From Clostridia bacterium (GTDB taxonomy: Bacteria; Bacillota; Clostridia; TANB77; CAG-465), in assembly GCA_045604405.1 (NCBI GenBank), contig JAZUNZ010000018.1, positions 499 to 64,498 of the forward strand: 64,000 nt of DNA, read 5' to 3'. The translations under genes and the position numbers were made by a program. Shown in pieces: positions 19,863 through 29,618 of this stretch (the first letter of the stretch is position 1; every line of letters starts with the position of its first letter). The notes beneath the pieces are model-generated. The model saw only the letters and a program-made list of their open reading frames with translations, searched no databases and was not told the DNA's origin.

Positions 19863-20234
19863 ATGGCACGTATAGCAGGAATTGATTTACCTAAGAACAA
19901 AGTAGTAGAAATTGGTTTAACAGCCATCTATGGTATAGGTAGAACTTCAGCTAAGAAAATAATGGCTGAAGCAGGAATTGACGCAAGCAAGAGAATAAAA
20001 GACTTAACTGAAGACGAAGAAGCTAAAATAAGAGAAATAATTGAAAGAGATTATGTTGTAGAGGGAGACCTTAAAAGAGAAGTTTCTCTTAACATCAAAA
20101 GACTTATGGAAATTGGTTGCTACAGAGGAATAAGACATAAAAGAAAACTTCCAGTAAGAGGACAAAGAACAAAAACTAATGCAAGAACAAGAAAAGGCCC
20201 TAGAAAAGTAGTGGCTAATAAGAAAGGAGTATAG
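19863..20234 (+). CDS. rpsM: 30S ribosomal protein S13
   Basis: [27 protein letters not shown]. Confidence 0.99.
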   Translation: MARIAGIDLPKNKVVEIGLTAIYGIGRTSAKKIMAEAGIDASKRIKDLTEDEEAKIREIIERDYVVEGDLKREVSLNIKRLMEIGCYRGIRHKRKLPVRGQRTKTNARTRKGPRKVVANKKGV

Positions 20235-20237
20235 GAC

Positions 20238-20630
20238 ATGGCACCAGCAAAAAAGAAAACAACTAAAAGAAAAGTTAAAAAGAACGTTGCAAGTGGTGTT
20301 GCACACATTCATTCATCATTTAACAATACAATCGTTAGCATGACTGATGAACAAGGTAACTTATTATCTTGGTCAAGTGCAGGTTCACTTGGATTTAAAG
20401 GTTCTAGAAAAAATACTCCATTTGCAGCTAGTGAAGCAGCAACAGTTGCAGCTACTGCAGCAAAAGAACATGGTTTAAGAACAGTATCAGTAAATATTAA
20501 GGGGCCTGGAGCTGGACGTGAAGCAGCAATTCGTGCACTTCAAACAGCAGGTTTGGAAATCGATACAATAAAAGACGTAACTCCAATACCTCACAATGGT
20601 TGCAGACCACCTAAGAGAAGAAGAGTTTAG
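20238..20630 (+). CDS. rpsK: 30S ribosomal protein S11
   Basis: [25 protein letters not shown]. Confidence 0.99.
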   Translation: MAPAKKKTTKRKVKKNVASGVAHIHSSFNNTIVSMTDEQGNLLSWSSAGSLGFKGSRKNTPFAASEAATVAATAAKEHGLRTVSVNIKGPGAGREAAIRALQTAGLEIDTIKDVTPIPHNGCRPPKRRRV

Positions 20631-20644
20631 TGGGGGTGAATGAA

Positions 20645-21274
20645 GTGGCAAGATATACAGGAGCAAGTTGTAAGAAGTGCAGACGCGAAGGACAAAAATT
20701 GTTCTTAAAAGGAGAAAGATGTAACACAGGTAAATGTGCTATAGAAAGAAGAAATTATGCACCAGGACAACATGGAAAAAACAAATCAAAATTATCTGAA
20801 TATGGTTTACAACTTCGTGCTAAACAAAAAGCTAAAGTTTACTATGGAGTAAGTGAATCTCAATTCGTAAAATATTATGAAGAAGCATTTAGAAGAGAAG
20901 GAGTTACTTCTGACAATCTATTTGGATTATTAGAAACAAGACTAGATAACGTATGCTACAGAATGGGTATGGGAACATCTAGACGTGAAAGCCGTCAATT
21001 AGTTGGATATGAAATGTTTACTGTAAACGGTAAAAAAGTAAATATCCCATCTTACCAATTAAGAGTTGGTGATGTAATAGCTATAAGAGCAGACAAGAAA
21101 GATAACGCTACAGTTAAAGCTATGGCAGAAAATGTTAAAGCTAAAAACATAGTACCATGGTTAGAAATGGACAAAGAAAAATTAGAAGCTAAAGTATTAA
21201 GAATACCAGCAAGAGCTGATGTAGATCTTGAAGTAGCTGAAAACCTAATTATTGAGTTATACTCTAAGAACTAG
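20645..21274 (+). CDS. rpsD: 30S ribosomal protein S4
   Basis: GTG start (M)ARYTGASCKKCRREG, SEYGLQLRAKQK, LETRLDNV. Confidence 0.98.
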   Translation: MARYTGASCKKCRREGQKLFLKGERCNTGKCAIERRNYAPGQHGKNKSKLSEYGLQLRAKQKAKVYYGVSESQFVKYYEEAFRREGVTSDNLFGLLETRLDNVCYRMGMGTSRRESRQLVGYEMFTVNGKKVNIPSYQLRVGDVIAIRADKKDNATVKAMAENVKAKNIVPWLEMDKEKLEAKVLRIPARADVDLEVAENLIIELYSKN

Positions 21275-21344
21275 TAAGTAGATAATAAAAAACTAACAAA
21301 ATTATGTGTGCGTGTAATCAGAGCGTACAGGTAGGAGGAATATT

Positions 21345-22295
21345 ATGTTAGAAATGAAAAGACCAGAGATAAATTGTGTTGAAATAGATGTAGACACATA
21401 TTATGCTAAGTTCGTTGTAGAACCATTAGAAAGAGGATTTGGAATTACACTTGGTAATTCACTTAGAAGAATACTTCTTTCTTCACTTCCAGGATATGCA
21501 ATAAATACTTTAAAAATAGATAAAGTAGCACATGAATTTTCAACAATTCCAGGCGTATCTGAAGATGTTACAAATATAATTTTAAACTTAAAAGAAGTAT
21601 GTTTAAAATCAAATGATATGGACCTTAAAAATCTTAAGATTTCTAAAAAGGGACCATGTGAAGTAACAGCGGCAGATATTATAACAGACGGAACAATAGA
21701 AGTTGTAAATCCAGATTTACACATAGCATACCTTGATGAAGATGGTGAACTTGATGTAGAAATGACAGCTATAAAAGGTAGAGGATACATTTCTGGAGAT
21801 AAGAATAGAGAAGAAAATGGTGGAGCGATAAACACTTTACCAATAGATTCAATATTTACTCCAGTAAGAAAAGCTAACTTCATAGTAGATAAAACAAGAG
21901 TTGGTCAAGAAATAGACTTCGATAAACTAACACTTGAAATATGGACTAATGGAGTTATAGAGCCATATGAAGCATTATCTATGGCTGCAAGAATACTAAA
22001 TGAACATTTAGAGTTATTCATAGACTTATCAGACATTGCTAAAAACATGTCAATAATGTCTCAAAAAGAATTATCTGAAAAAGATAAAATGCTTGAAACT
22101 CCAATTGAAGATTTAGAATTCTCAGTAAGATCATACAACTGCTTAAAGAGAGCAGGAATACATACTGTTGCAGATATATTATCTAGAACAGAACATGATA
22201 TGATGAAGGTTAGAAACCTTGGTAAGAAATCATTAGACGAAGTAGTTGCAAAAGTTGCTTCTCTAGGACTTTCTTTCAAGAAACCAGAAGAATAA
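21345..22295 (+). CDS. rpoA: DNA-directed RNA polymerase subunit alpha
   Basis: EPLERGFGITLGNSLRRILLSS, SVRSYNCLKRAG, RNLGKKSL. Confidence 0.99.
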   Translation: MLEMKRPEINCVEIDVDTYYAKFVVEPLERGFGITLGNSLRRILLSSLPGYAINTLKIDKVAHEFSTIPGVSEDVTNIILNLKEVCLKSNDMDLKNLKISKKGPCEVTAADIITDGTIEVVNPDLHIAYLDEDGELDVEMTAIKGRGYISGDKNREENGGAINTLPIDSIFTPVRKANFIVDKTRVGQEIDFDKLTLEIWTNGVIEPYEALSMAARILNEHLELFIDLSDIAKNMSIMSQKELSEKDKMLETPIEDLEFSVRSYNCLKRAGIHTVADILSRTEHDMMKVRNLGKKSLDEVVAKVASLGLSFKKPEE

Positions 22296-22313
22296 TAGTA
22301 GGAGGAAAATAAA

Positions 22314-22838
22314 ATGCCAGGAACAAATAGACTATCAAGAACAAAAGGAGCTAGGGATGCACTATTAAAAGGGCTAGTTACAGCACTTATCCAAAATGGT
22401 AAAGTTGAAACTACTCTTGCTAAAGCTAAGGAAGTTAAACCATTAGCAGATAGCATAATTAGTCTTGCAATTAAAGAGGCACCTAATTTTGAATCAAAAG
22501 AAAAAACAATTTCTAGAGCAAAATTAGATAAGAATGGTAAAAAAGTTAAAGTTGAAAAAACTTCTAAAAACGGTAAAAAATATCAAGTAGTAGAAAGAGA
22601 AATCGTAAAAGAAACAGTTAAAGTAGACAAACCATCAAAACTAGCTGCTAGAAGAAAAATGTTTAAATTAGTAAACAAAATTCATGATTCAAAAGGAAAT
22701 ACTATAGATTTAACAGATAAATTATTTGATGAAATTGCACCAAAATATGAAGCGGGTAAAGGTGGATATACAAGAATCACTAAACTTGTTGCTAGACGTG
22801 GTGACGCAGCTGAAATGGCTATAATCGAATTAATATAG
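22314..22838 (+). CDS. rplQ: 50S ribosomal protein L17 with internal basic insertion
   Basis: [20 protein letters not shown]...[13 protein letters not shown]. Confidence 0.96.
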   Translation: MPGTNRLSRTKGARDALLKGLVTALIQNGKVETTLAKAKEVKPLADSIISLAIKEAPNFESKEKTISRAKLDKNGKKVKVEKTSKNGKKYQVVEREIVKETVKVDKPSKLAARRKMFKLVNKIHDSKGNTIDLTDKLFDEIAPKYEAGKGGYTRITKLVARRGDAAEMAIIELI

Positions 22839-22846
22839 TTTGAAAT

Positions 22847-22878
22847 AAAACGGGTTACATAAGTAGCCTGTTTTTCTT
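22847..22878 (+). terminator. Terminator of the alpha operon
   Basis: AAACGGGTTAC-ATAA-GTAGCCTGTTT followed by a T tract. Confidence 0.8.
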
Positions 22879-23077
22879 GATTTTTAGGACTTTTGGTGGT
22901 ATAATATGTGTACGTTAAAAATAGATGATAATTAAAAGTGATTATGGATAATATAAACGGCGTGTATATTGCTAAAAAGAAAGACTATTATGGAGAAATA
23001 AATTGATAAATTAATTAATAAACACTTAAACAAACAATTTAAATTTATTCAGTCATATAGTACCGTATAATTATCAT

Positions 23078-23297
23078 TAAACCTTATGGTTAGTAAGTAC
23101 CATACTATGCTTCTACAGTACGCTGGTGGAAACTGGCACCGCATCTTGGTAGCTAAGCTATCAGGGTTGGCGTTGTAGATGTGATCAGAGGCTCGTCTAC
23201 ACAGCTATAGTAATATATCCGAAACAACCCACGTAAGAATATGAAACCAATAAATTAATAATAATACAACCTTGTTATTTTCAAGGTTGTATTATTT
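23078..23297 (+). ncRNA. Candidate structured ncRNA of unknown family
   Basis: GC-enriched intergenic segment with several stems, GGAA and GUAA tetraloops and plus-strand G-U pairs. TATAAT at 23066-23071 upstream and a 15-bp hairpin downstream. Confidence 0.55.
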
Positions 23298-23298
23298 T
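23260..23298. terminator. Bidirectional terminator overlapping the tmcAL stop
   Basis: AATAATACAACCTTG-7 nt-CAAGGTTGTATTATT perfect 15-bp stem. Confidence 0.75.
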
Positions 23299-24480
23299 AT
23301 TCGTATAGTCCATATTATCCGCGTTATAAAGATTGTTTGCAAGAATATCTAATTTAATACTTTCTTGGATATCTTCATTAAGACTTTGTAATATGTCGTC
23401 TGTAACTTTAGTTATAACAGCATTTTTAGCATTGCTAGAAATTTTAGATAAAAGTTCAAGACTACTTTCCTTAACTTTTAAAATTCTGGCATAATTTACG
23501 TCCTTTAGTTTTATATATTTTTCTTTTGTTATTCCAAGTAAAACATATATGCAAATTCTTTTAATTTTACTTAAAGTATAGCGTTTACTCTTAACACTGA
23601 ATATGAATTGCTCGTAGCTATTACAAGTAAGAGCTTGTTTATATAATTTATTTTCTAACCCCTCGGTAACTTCATGGATTTCTTTAAGTCCATTGGTATT
23701 TAATTTAATAATGGTATATTTTAAATTTTGCCATAAATCTTCGTTTAGATAAAATTTGTTGTTTTGTAAATAATTATAAGTGTTGGATGGTATACAATTA
23801 GAAATTTTGTTTAGTTTTTCATCAACAGTTAAATCTGGTGCGGAAAGTGCTGTTCTGATGCTTGTAGAGCTTGCATATGCGCCTACATTTGTTATTTCTT
23901 TGTCATTATGACTAGATTGTAATCTATGAACCAAAACGGGCTTAATTTTGCTTTTAAGGGCAATTAAAGCCTTTAAATATTCTATAGCAAGAATATTATT
24001 TGGTAGAGTAAAATCATCTGCGTTATTTATAAATTGGCTTAAAGATTTACTGTATGCCTCACCACTATTTAGCCCTTGTTTAGACAATAATTTAGTATTA
24101 GCTATAATGGTATCTTTGTTAGCGATATATGTTTTTGCTACTTGTTCTAGATTATAAATATTATCTGATTCAGCACCAAAAGCTAGATGAGAGATAATAC
24201 CTAGGCTATTTAATATATTCACAGCACCAAAAGCAAAATTTTCTGCGCTAGATATAGCATAAATAGTTGGGAGTTCTATAACCATATCTGCACCATTTTG
24301 TATAGCGATTCTAGCTTTTTCAAATTTGTTTATAACAGAAATGTTTCCTTGCTCCGTAAAACTTCCAGACATTATTACTATAACATAGTCTGCATTAGAG
24401 AGCTCTTTAGCTTTTTTTATGTTATATATATGTCCATTGTGCATTGGGTTATATTCTGCTATTATACCAACAACATTCAT
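23281..24480 (-). CDS. tmcAL: tRNA(Met) cytidine acetate ligase (HIGH nucleotidyltransferase, YlbM family)
   Basis: GIIAEYNPMHNGH, MSGSFTEQG, PNNILAIEY, EGLENK, VKSKRYT. Confidence 0.9.
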   Translation of the reverse strand: MNVVGIIAEYNPMHNGHIYNIKKAKELSNADYVIVIMSGSFTEQGNISVINKFEKARIAIQNGADMVIELPTIYAISSAENFAFGAVNILNSLGIISHLAFGAESDNIYNLEQVAKTYIANKDTIIANTKLLSKQGLNSGEAYSKSLSQFINNADDFTLPNNILAIEYLKALIALKSKIKPVLVHRLQSSHNDKEITNVGAYASSTSIRTALSAPDLTVDEKLNKISNCIPSNTYNYLQNNKFYLNEDLWQNLKYTIIKLNTNGLKEIHEVTEGLENKLYKQALTCNSYEQFIFSVKSKRYTLSKIKRICIYVLLGITKEKYIKLKDVNYARILKVKESSLELLSKISSNAKNAVITKVTDDILQSLNEDIQESIKLDILANNLYNADNMDYTNKIIQP

Positions 24481-24558
24481 AGTGTACTCCTTTACATTGT
24501 TTTTAACTTATTATATAATACCATAAAAGCGAAAGTTTAGCAATAAATGGAGGTTGTC

Positions 24559-25602
24559 ATGGAAAAGACAAATGTAACGATATATACTGATGGGGCATGT
24601 AGTGGAAATCCAGGTCCTGGAGGATATGCTGCTATAATAATGTTAGAGGATAACAAAAAAGAAATGTTTGGAGCTGAGCTAAGTACTACAAATAACAGAA
24701 TGGAACTAAGAGCTGCTATAGAAGGACTAAAAACACTAAAAAGACCATGTAAGGTTACGCTATATTCAGATAGTGCATATCTTGTAAATGCATATAACAA
24801 TAATTGGGTAGTAGGCTGGAAGAAAAAAGGCTGGAAAAACTCTAGTGGTGAGCAAGTAAAAAATATAGATTTATGGCAAGAAATTGAAGCTCTAAGACAA
24901 GTGCATGATGTAACTTTTGTAAAGGTAAAAGGCCATGCAGATAATGAATTTAATAACAGATGTGATGAGCTTGCGGTAGCAGCTATTACAAAATTACAAA
25001 AAGGAGAACTTATATCCAAAAGGCAAGAAACAGAAGTGCAAAGAGTATTTGGTAACTTACCTACATTTGAAACAGAAAGACTAAGAATAAGACTGTTTAA
25101 GGAATCTGACGCAAATGATTTGTTTGAATACTGTTCAGATGAGCAAGTTACACGATATTTACCTTTTGAAACATATATCAATATAACTGAAGCTATAGAT
25201 AGAATTAAATTTTGCTTAGAAGGATACAAAACTATAGACAAACCAATTCTTTGGGCAATAGAGTATAAAGAAAATGGTAAACAGATAGGTAGCATAGATT
25301 TTGTTCATTGGTATGAGCAAGATAAAGTAGCAGAGATTGGATATGCTTTAAACAAAAAGTATTGGAATATGGGGATAATGACAGAAGCCTTACAAACTAT
25401 AATAAAATTTGGTTTTGAAAAAATGGGCTTAAATAGAATTGAAATTCGTTGTGACGAAAGAAATATAGCTTCAGCCAGAGTAATGGAGAAAAATGGACTA
25501 AAATATGAAGGAACGTTAAGACAAAAGAAATTTCAAAAAGGTGAATTTATATCTTTAAAGCTATACTCTATACTAAAAGAAGAATACGAGAAAATAGGTT
25601 AA
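24559..25602 (+). CDS. rnhA: Ribonuclease HI fused to a RimJ/RimL-type GNAT acetyltransferase
   Basis: YTDGACSGNPGPGG, TTNNRMEL, YSDS, KGHAD...RCDELA, then ETERLRIR, EIGYAL..YWNMGIMTEA, NIASARVMEK..YEGTLR. RBS GGAGG before ATG 24559. Confidence 0.9.
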   Translation: MEKTNVTIYTDGACSGNPGPGGYAAIIMLEDNKKEMFGAELSTTNNRMELRAAIEGLKTLKRPCKVTLYSDSAYLVNAYNNNWVVGWKKKGWKNSSGEQVKNIDLWQEIEALRQVHDVTFVKVKGHADNEFNNRCDELAVAAITKLQKGELISKRQETEVQRVFGNLPTFETERLRIRLFKESDANDLFEYCSDEQVTRYLPFETYINITEAIDRIKFCLEGYKTIDKPILWAIEYKENGKQIGSIDFVHWYEQDKVAEIGYALNKKYWNMGIMTEALQTIIKFGFEKMGLNRIEIRCDERNIASARVMEKNGLKYEGTLRQKKFQKGEFISLKLYSILKEEYEKIG

Positions 25603-25603
25603 A

Positions 25604-25632
25604 CATAAATCACTTAGAATGTACATAATATG
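25604..25632 (+). promoter_or_regulatory. Possible sigma-E promoter of spoIIM
   Basis: CATAAAT...CATAATAT resembles the sigma-E consensus and lies upstream of a known sigma-E target gene. Confidence 0.45.
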
Positions 25633-25648
25633 TTCTAGGTGATTTTTC

Positions 25649-26260
25649 ATGCTTAAGAAGTGGTTTAAAGAATATATTGAAATAAATAAAAGGGAAATTG
25701 TAATAATTATATCTATGCTATTACTAGGAATAATTATAGGGGTAGGGGCATATATATTTTCAGCGACTGAGGTAAAAGCTTTAGCAATTTCAAGTGCAAA
25801 ACAAGTTTTCGATATTTCTAAATCTGAGACATATGTGAGTACTAATATAATTTTAAATGGAATAAAAGCCGAAATCATTTTAATAGGGGCTGTTGCAATA
25901 TTTTCTGTTACACTTTTTGGCAAATGGTTAATGTATATAACCATTATGTTAAAAGGAGCAGCAATTTGTGTATACACAATAATACTATTTAATATATTTG
26001 GGCCGTTATGGGGAATAGTTACCTTTATTCTTCTTGTGTTACTGGTGAATATACTTTACATACCAGCTTTAATGTACTTAACAGTAAGCTTTTTGGAGTT
26101 AAACTTTAATATATTTAAAGCTAAATATACTAATGTAAATGTTATGGGAATATATAAAGTGCTGCTTACAACCATTATTAGTTTTGTTGTGATGTTTTCA
26201 AGTATAGTAGTAGAACAATTAGTAAGTTCTATAGTGCTTTGCATTTATACAAAAATATAG
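25649..26260 (+). CDS. spoIIM: Stage II sporulation protein M-like membrane protein
   Basis: Multiple TM helices, KG..I..T and NILYIP motifs; conserved position upstream of xerD. Confidence 0.7.
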   Translation: MLKKWFKEYIEINKREIVIIISMLLLGIIIGVGAYIFSATEVKALAISSAKQVFDISKSETYVSTNIILNGIKAEIILIGAVAIFSVTLFGKWLMYITIMLKGAAICVYTIILFNIFGPLWGIVTFILLVLLVNILYIPALMYLTVSFLELNFNIFKAKYTNVNVMGIYKVLLTTIISFVVMFSSIVVEQLVSSIVLCIYTKI

Positions 26261-26438
26261 CAAAAAAGCGGCAAAATTACATTATATGGAAATATATTTA
26301 TTGCTTAAAAAATAATCATATAAAATATCTCCTTGTGATTACATAAAAAAGCGAAAAAGACTTGCAAAACTGTAAAAAGTAGTGTAAAATAGTAGCAGTT
26401 ATATAAAATTATGTAATATAAGCTTATGGGGGTATGAA

Positions 26439-27317
26439 ATGGAACTTATAATTCAAGACTTTATAGATTACTTAGAGAGTAAACAAGTATCTAAAAACAC
26501 GCTTTTATCTTACAAAAGAGATATTAGTCAACTATATGCATATTTAGAGCAGGTTGGCAAAAAAATGTTTGAAGCAACAGAGGAGGACTTAACAGCATAT
26601 ATTGCATATATGCAAACATTAGAGAAGTCTAATGCAACAATTTCTAGAAATATAGCTTCTATGAAAGCTTTTTATAGATATTTGTTAAAAATAAAATTAG
26701 TAGAAAAAAATATTGCAGAAAAATTAACATCTCCAAGGGTTGAGAAAAAAGAACTATCTATACTTTCTGTAAGTGAGGTTGAAAACCTGTTGGAACAACC
26801 TAATACAACTGACCTTAAAGGCCAAAGAGATAAGGCTATGCTTGAAGTGTTATATGCTACAGGTATAAGAGTTACGGAACTGATCTCTTTAGATTTGTCT
26901 GACGTAAATTTAAATGCAGGACATATTAAAGTTAAGAAGAAAAATAAGGAAAGAATAATACCACTAGGAAATACGACATTAAGATTTTTAAGAGAATACG
27001 TTGAAAACGTAAGACCACTTTTAATAAAGACAGAAGAAGAACCATCTTTATTCATAAATGCAAATGGACAAAAGATGACAAGACAAGGCTTCTGGAAAAT
27101 ATTAAAACAATACAAAGAACAAGCTAAAATAGATAAAGAGCTTACACCACATACAATTAGACATTCATTTGCAGTACATATGCTACAAAACGGTGCAGAA
27201 GTAAAAACAGTTCAAGAATTACTTGGACATACTGACGTAGCTTCAACTTTAATGTATACACATGTTGCAGATATGAAGGTAAGGGACGAATATTTAAAAG
27301 CTCATCCAAGAGTATAA
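26439..27317 (+). CDS. xerD: Tyrosine recombinase XerD
   Basis: RDKAMLEVLYATGIRVTEL, MTRQGFWK, TPHTIRHSFA, LLGH, Y, HPR; spoIIM-xerD synteny. Confidence 0.92.
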   Translation: MELIIQDFIDYLESKQVSKNTLLSYKRDISQLYAYLEQVGKKMFEATEEDLTAYIAYMQTLEKSNATISRNIASMKAFYRYLLKIKLVEKNIAEKLTSPRVEKKELSILSVSEVENLLEQPNTTDLKGQRDKAMLEVLYATGIRVTELISLDLSDVNLNAGHIKVKKKNKERIIPLGNTTLRFLREYVENVRPLLIKTEEEPSLFINANGQKMTRQGFWKILKQYKEQAKIDKELTPHTIRHSFAVHMLQNGAEVKTVQELLGHTDVASTLMYTHVADMKVRDEYLKAHPRV

Positions 27318-27330
27318 TTTAAAAATAAAC

Positions 27331-27357
27331 AAGCGAATACATATGTATTCGCTTTTC
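27331..27357 (+). terminator. Terminator after xerD
   Basis: AAGCGAATAC-ATAT-GTATTCGCTT followed by TT. Confidence 0.7.
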
Positions 27358-27397
27358 TAAAATAAAAACAAAACATAAGAAGTGAAAGGGAAATGAT

Positions 27398-28132
27398 ATG
27401 AGAAATTTGAAATTAACTATAGAATATGATGGAACCAATTTTAGTGGCTGGCAAATACAAAAAGACAAAAGAACAGTACAAGAAGAAATTAATATTGCAT
27501 TAGGAAAAGTTTTAAAAGAAGAGGTAACTGTGACTGGTTCTGGTAGAACGGATGCTGGCGTACATGCATTAGGACAGGTTGCAAATTTTAAAACAGATAA
27601 AACAATAAAACCACAAGAGTTATTATTTGCAATAAATACAATGCTTCCCGTAGATATTGTTGTAACCAATGTAGAGGAAGTGGATGAGAGTTTTAATGCT
27701 AGAAACAGCGCAAAGAAGAAGCACTATAGATATGTAATAAATAATAGCAAATTCCCTTCAGCTTTAAATGCTTATAGAGAGTATCATTTTAAATATTTTC
27801 TAGATACAGAAGCAATGCAAATGGCAGCGGACGATTTGCTAGGAGAGCATGATTTTAAGGCTTTTTGCGCAGCAGGCAGTACAATAAAAGAGACAAAAAG
27901 AACAATACATTTATTAAAGGTAAATAGACTAGGAGATAGAGTAATTATTGACATAGTTGGAAACGGCTTCTTGTATAATATGGTAAGAATCATAGTTGGA
28001 ACGCTTTTAGATATTGGCTCTGGAAAGCTAGATATTTGTGTTATGAAAAATATGATAGAAACTAAAGATAGAAGTTTAGGAGGCAGAACTGCGGGACCAG
28101 AAGGGTTATATTTAGTTGATGTTGAGTATTAG
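27398..28132 (+). CDS. truA: tRNA pseudouridine(38-40) synthase
   Basis: EYDGTNFSGWQ, GSGRTDAGVHA, GFLYNMVRIIVG. Confidence 0.97.
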   Translation: MRNLKLTIEYDGTNFSGWQIQKDKRTVQEEINIALGKVLKEEVTVTGSGRTDAGVHALGQVANFKTDKTIKPQELLFAINTMLPVDIVVTNVEEVDESFNARNSAKKKHYRYVINNSKFPSALNAYREYHFKYFLDTEAMQMAADDLLGEHDFKAFCAAGSTIKETKRTIHLLKVNRLGDRVIIDIVGNGFLYNMVRIIVGTLLDIGSGKLDICVMKNMIETKDRSLGGRTAGPEGLYLVDVEY

Positions 28133-28142
28133 AAGAGATATA

Positions 28143-28183
28143 AAACTAAAAACACCAAACATAATGTTTGGTGTTTTTAGTTT
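28143..28183. terminator. Bidirectional terminator (truA and ancestral tRNA 3' side)
   Basis: AAACTAAAAACACCAAACA-TAA-TGTTTGGTGTTTTTAGTTT perfect stem. Confidence 0.8.
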
Positions 28184-28199
28184 ATGGTGGGAAAGACCG
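28182..28199 (-). repeat. 18-bp duplicate of the tRNA-Leu 3' end (att-like)
   Basis: TTATGGTGGGAAAGACCG is identical to 29616-29633. Confidence 0.85.
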
Positions 28200-28336
28200 T
28201 TAAAAAACAACCTCAAACTATTGAAAATACAAAGTTTTAGTGTTTTAAATAATGCAATTTTAATTCAAATAAGAAAAATATTATTGCAACATATCTTTAT
28301 TGTCAACAAAATATTTCATTAAAGTGAAACATTTTG

Positions 28337-28365
28337 TTGACAATTCAAAAATGTTTCAGTATAAT
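28337..28365 (+). promoter_or_regulatory. sigma-A promoter embedded in inverted repeats
   Basis: TTGACA-17-TATAAT flanked by TGAAACATTTT / AAAATGTTTCA. Confidence 0.75.
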
Positions 28366-28385
28366 ATAGTTGAGGTGTACTTAAT

Positions 28386-29573
28386 ATGATATATAGAGAA
28401 CATTATATCAAACAAATAAGAGAATTTTATGATTCTGATTTGATAAAAATAATAACAGGAATTAGACGTTCAGGAAAGTCTGTTATATTAGAACAAGTAA
28501 AAGGAGAAATAGCAAATAAAACGGATAATATTATTAGTTTAAATTTTGAAGATAAAAAAGTGGTAGCTAATATATCTACGGCTGATGATATTATACAGTA
28601 TGTTGAAACAAATAGAAAAGAAGGAAAATGTTATATTTTCTTAGATGAAGTACAAGTAATAGATGGTTGGCAGGAAGCTTGTAAAACGTTAAGATTATAT
28701 GATAATTCTATTTTTATTACTGGTTCAAATTCTAAATTATTATCACGAGAATTTACAAAAGAATTGAGTGGAAGGTACGTAGCCTTTAGAGTTAGACCAT
28801 TTGTATATAAAGAAATATTAGAATACAGCAAAGAATTAGACAAAGAATGTTCTGTAGCGGATTATCTTGTATGGGGAGGGTTCCCAAAAAGATTAGAATT
28901 TAATACGGAGGAAGCGGTTGTTCGTTATTTAAATGATTTGGACGAAACTATTGTAATTAATGATTTAATAAATAGATATAATATTCAAAAAGTAACTTTG
29001 TTTAAAAATATTGTTAACTTTGTTTTAAAGTCTAATGCAAGAATTATTTCTGCAAAATCAATATATAAGTATATAAGCGAGAAGTATCAAACATGTTCAA
29101 TTAATACCATTATAAAATATTTAAGCTATTTGCAAGAAGCATATATTATTGAAACTGTAAAACAGTATTCACCTAAAACTAAAAGTGAACTATCGTACTA
29201 TTTAAAAACATATAATGCAGATGTAAGTTTAAATTCTATTAGATGTTTAGATAATAGATATGACTTAACACACAATTTAGAGAATGTTGTATATAATGAA
29301 TTGATATATATGGGATATAAAATTAATGTATATAATAATGGTGGGAAAGAGATAGATTTCTTAGCACAAAAAGATGGCAAAAAATATTATATACAGGTAG
29401 CATATAGTGTAGCTGAAGAAAAAGCTTATGAAAGAGAATTTTCAGCGTTTAATAATGTAGATAATTTGTCGCAAAAAATAATAATAACAAATGATGATAT
29501 AGACTATTCAACAAGTGTTATAAAGCACATTAAATTAAAAGACTTTTTGATTATGGAATCATTAGAGGTTTAA
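28386..29573 (+). CDS. AAA_14 family ATPase with DUF4143 / PD-(D/E)xK-like C-terminus
   Basis: Walker A GIRRSGKS, Walker B IFLDEVQ, ITGSNS, LSGR, GGFP, LENVVY, EIDF...YIQV. Confidence 0.88.
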   Translation: MIYREHYIKQIREFYDSDLIKIITGIRRSGKSVILEQVKGEIANKTDNIISLNFEDKKVVANISTADDIIQYVETNRKEGKCYIFLDEVQVIDGWQEACKTLRLYDNSIFITGSNSKLLSREFTKELSGRYVAFRVRPFVYKEILEYSKELDKECSVADYLVWGGFPKRLEFNTEEAVVRYLNDLDETIVINDLINRYNIQKVTLFKNIVNFVLKSNARIISAKSIYKYISEKYQTCSINTIIKYLSYLQEAYIIETVKQYSPKTKSELSYYLKTYNADVSLNSIRCLDNRYDLTHNLENVVYNELIYMGYKINVYNNGGKEIDFLAQKDGKKYYIQVAYSVAEEKAYEREFSAFNNVDNLSQKIIITNDDIDYSTSVIKHIKLKDFLIMESLEV

Positions 29574-29587
29574 TTATTATATATATT

Positions 29588-29613
29588 AAAAAGCTACCAA
29601 TATGGTAGCTTTT
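29588..29613. terminator. Bidirectional terminator between the ATPase and tRNA
   Basis: AAAAGCTACCA-ATA-TGGTAGCTTTT. Confidence 0.8.
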
Positions 29614-29618
29614 GGTTA

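Noticed and set aside
4972-22456. Many minus-strand and alternate-frame ORFs overlapping ribosomal genes (e.g. 7555-7944, 8962-9546, 21401-21883)
   Set aside because: Shadow ORFs of strongly biased coding sequence; no RBS and no recognisable motifs.
22490-22640. Basic insertion in L17
   Set aside because: Similar insertions are familiar from other Clostridia L17 proteins; not novel.
22944-23006. 20-codon ORF MDNINGVYIAKKKDYYGEIN after a promoter
   Set aside because: No convincing RBS; cannot be supported.
1331-23151. Shared 10-mer CATCTTGGTA in both candidate ncRNA regions
   Set aside because: Too short to exclude chance. It would be complementary between the two RNAs, but nothing else supports an interaction.
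23160-23235. Hammerhead ribozyme, tRNA, tmRNA, RNase P or SRP identity for the candidate ncRNA
   Set aside because: CGAAAC is present but there is no CUGANGA core, T-loop, GAGGAAAGUCC or SRP GGAA helix-8 context.
26439-27317. xerD as the integrase of the tRNA islet
   Set aside because: It lies outside the direct repeats and has housekeeping XerD motifs and spoIIM synteny.
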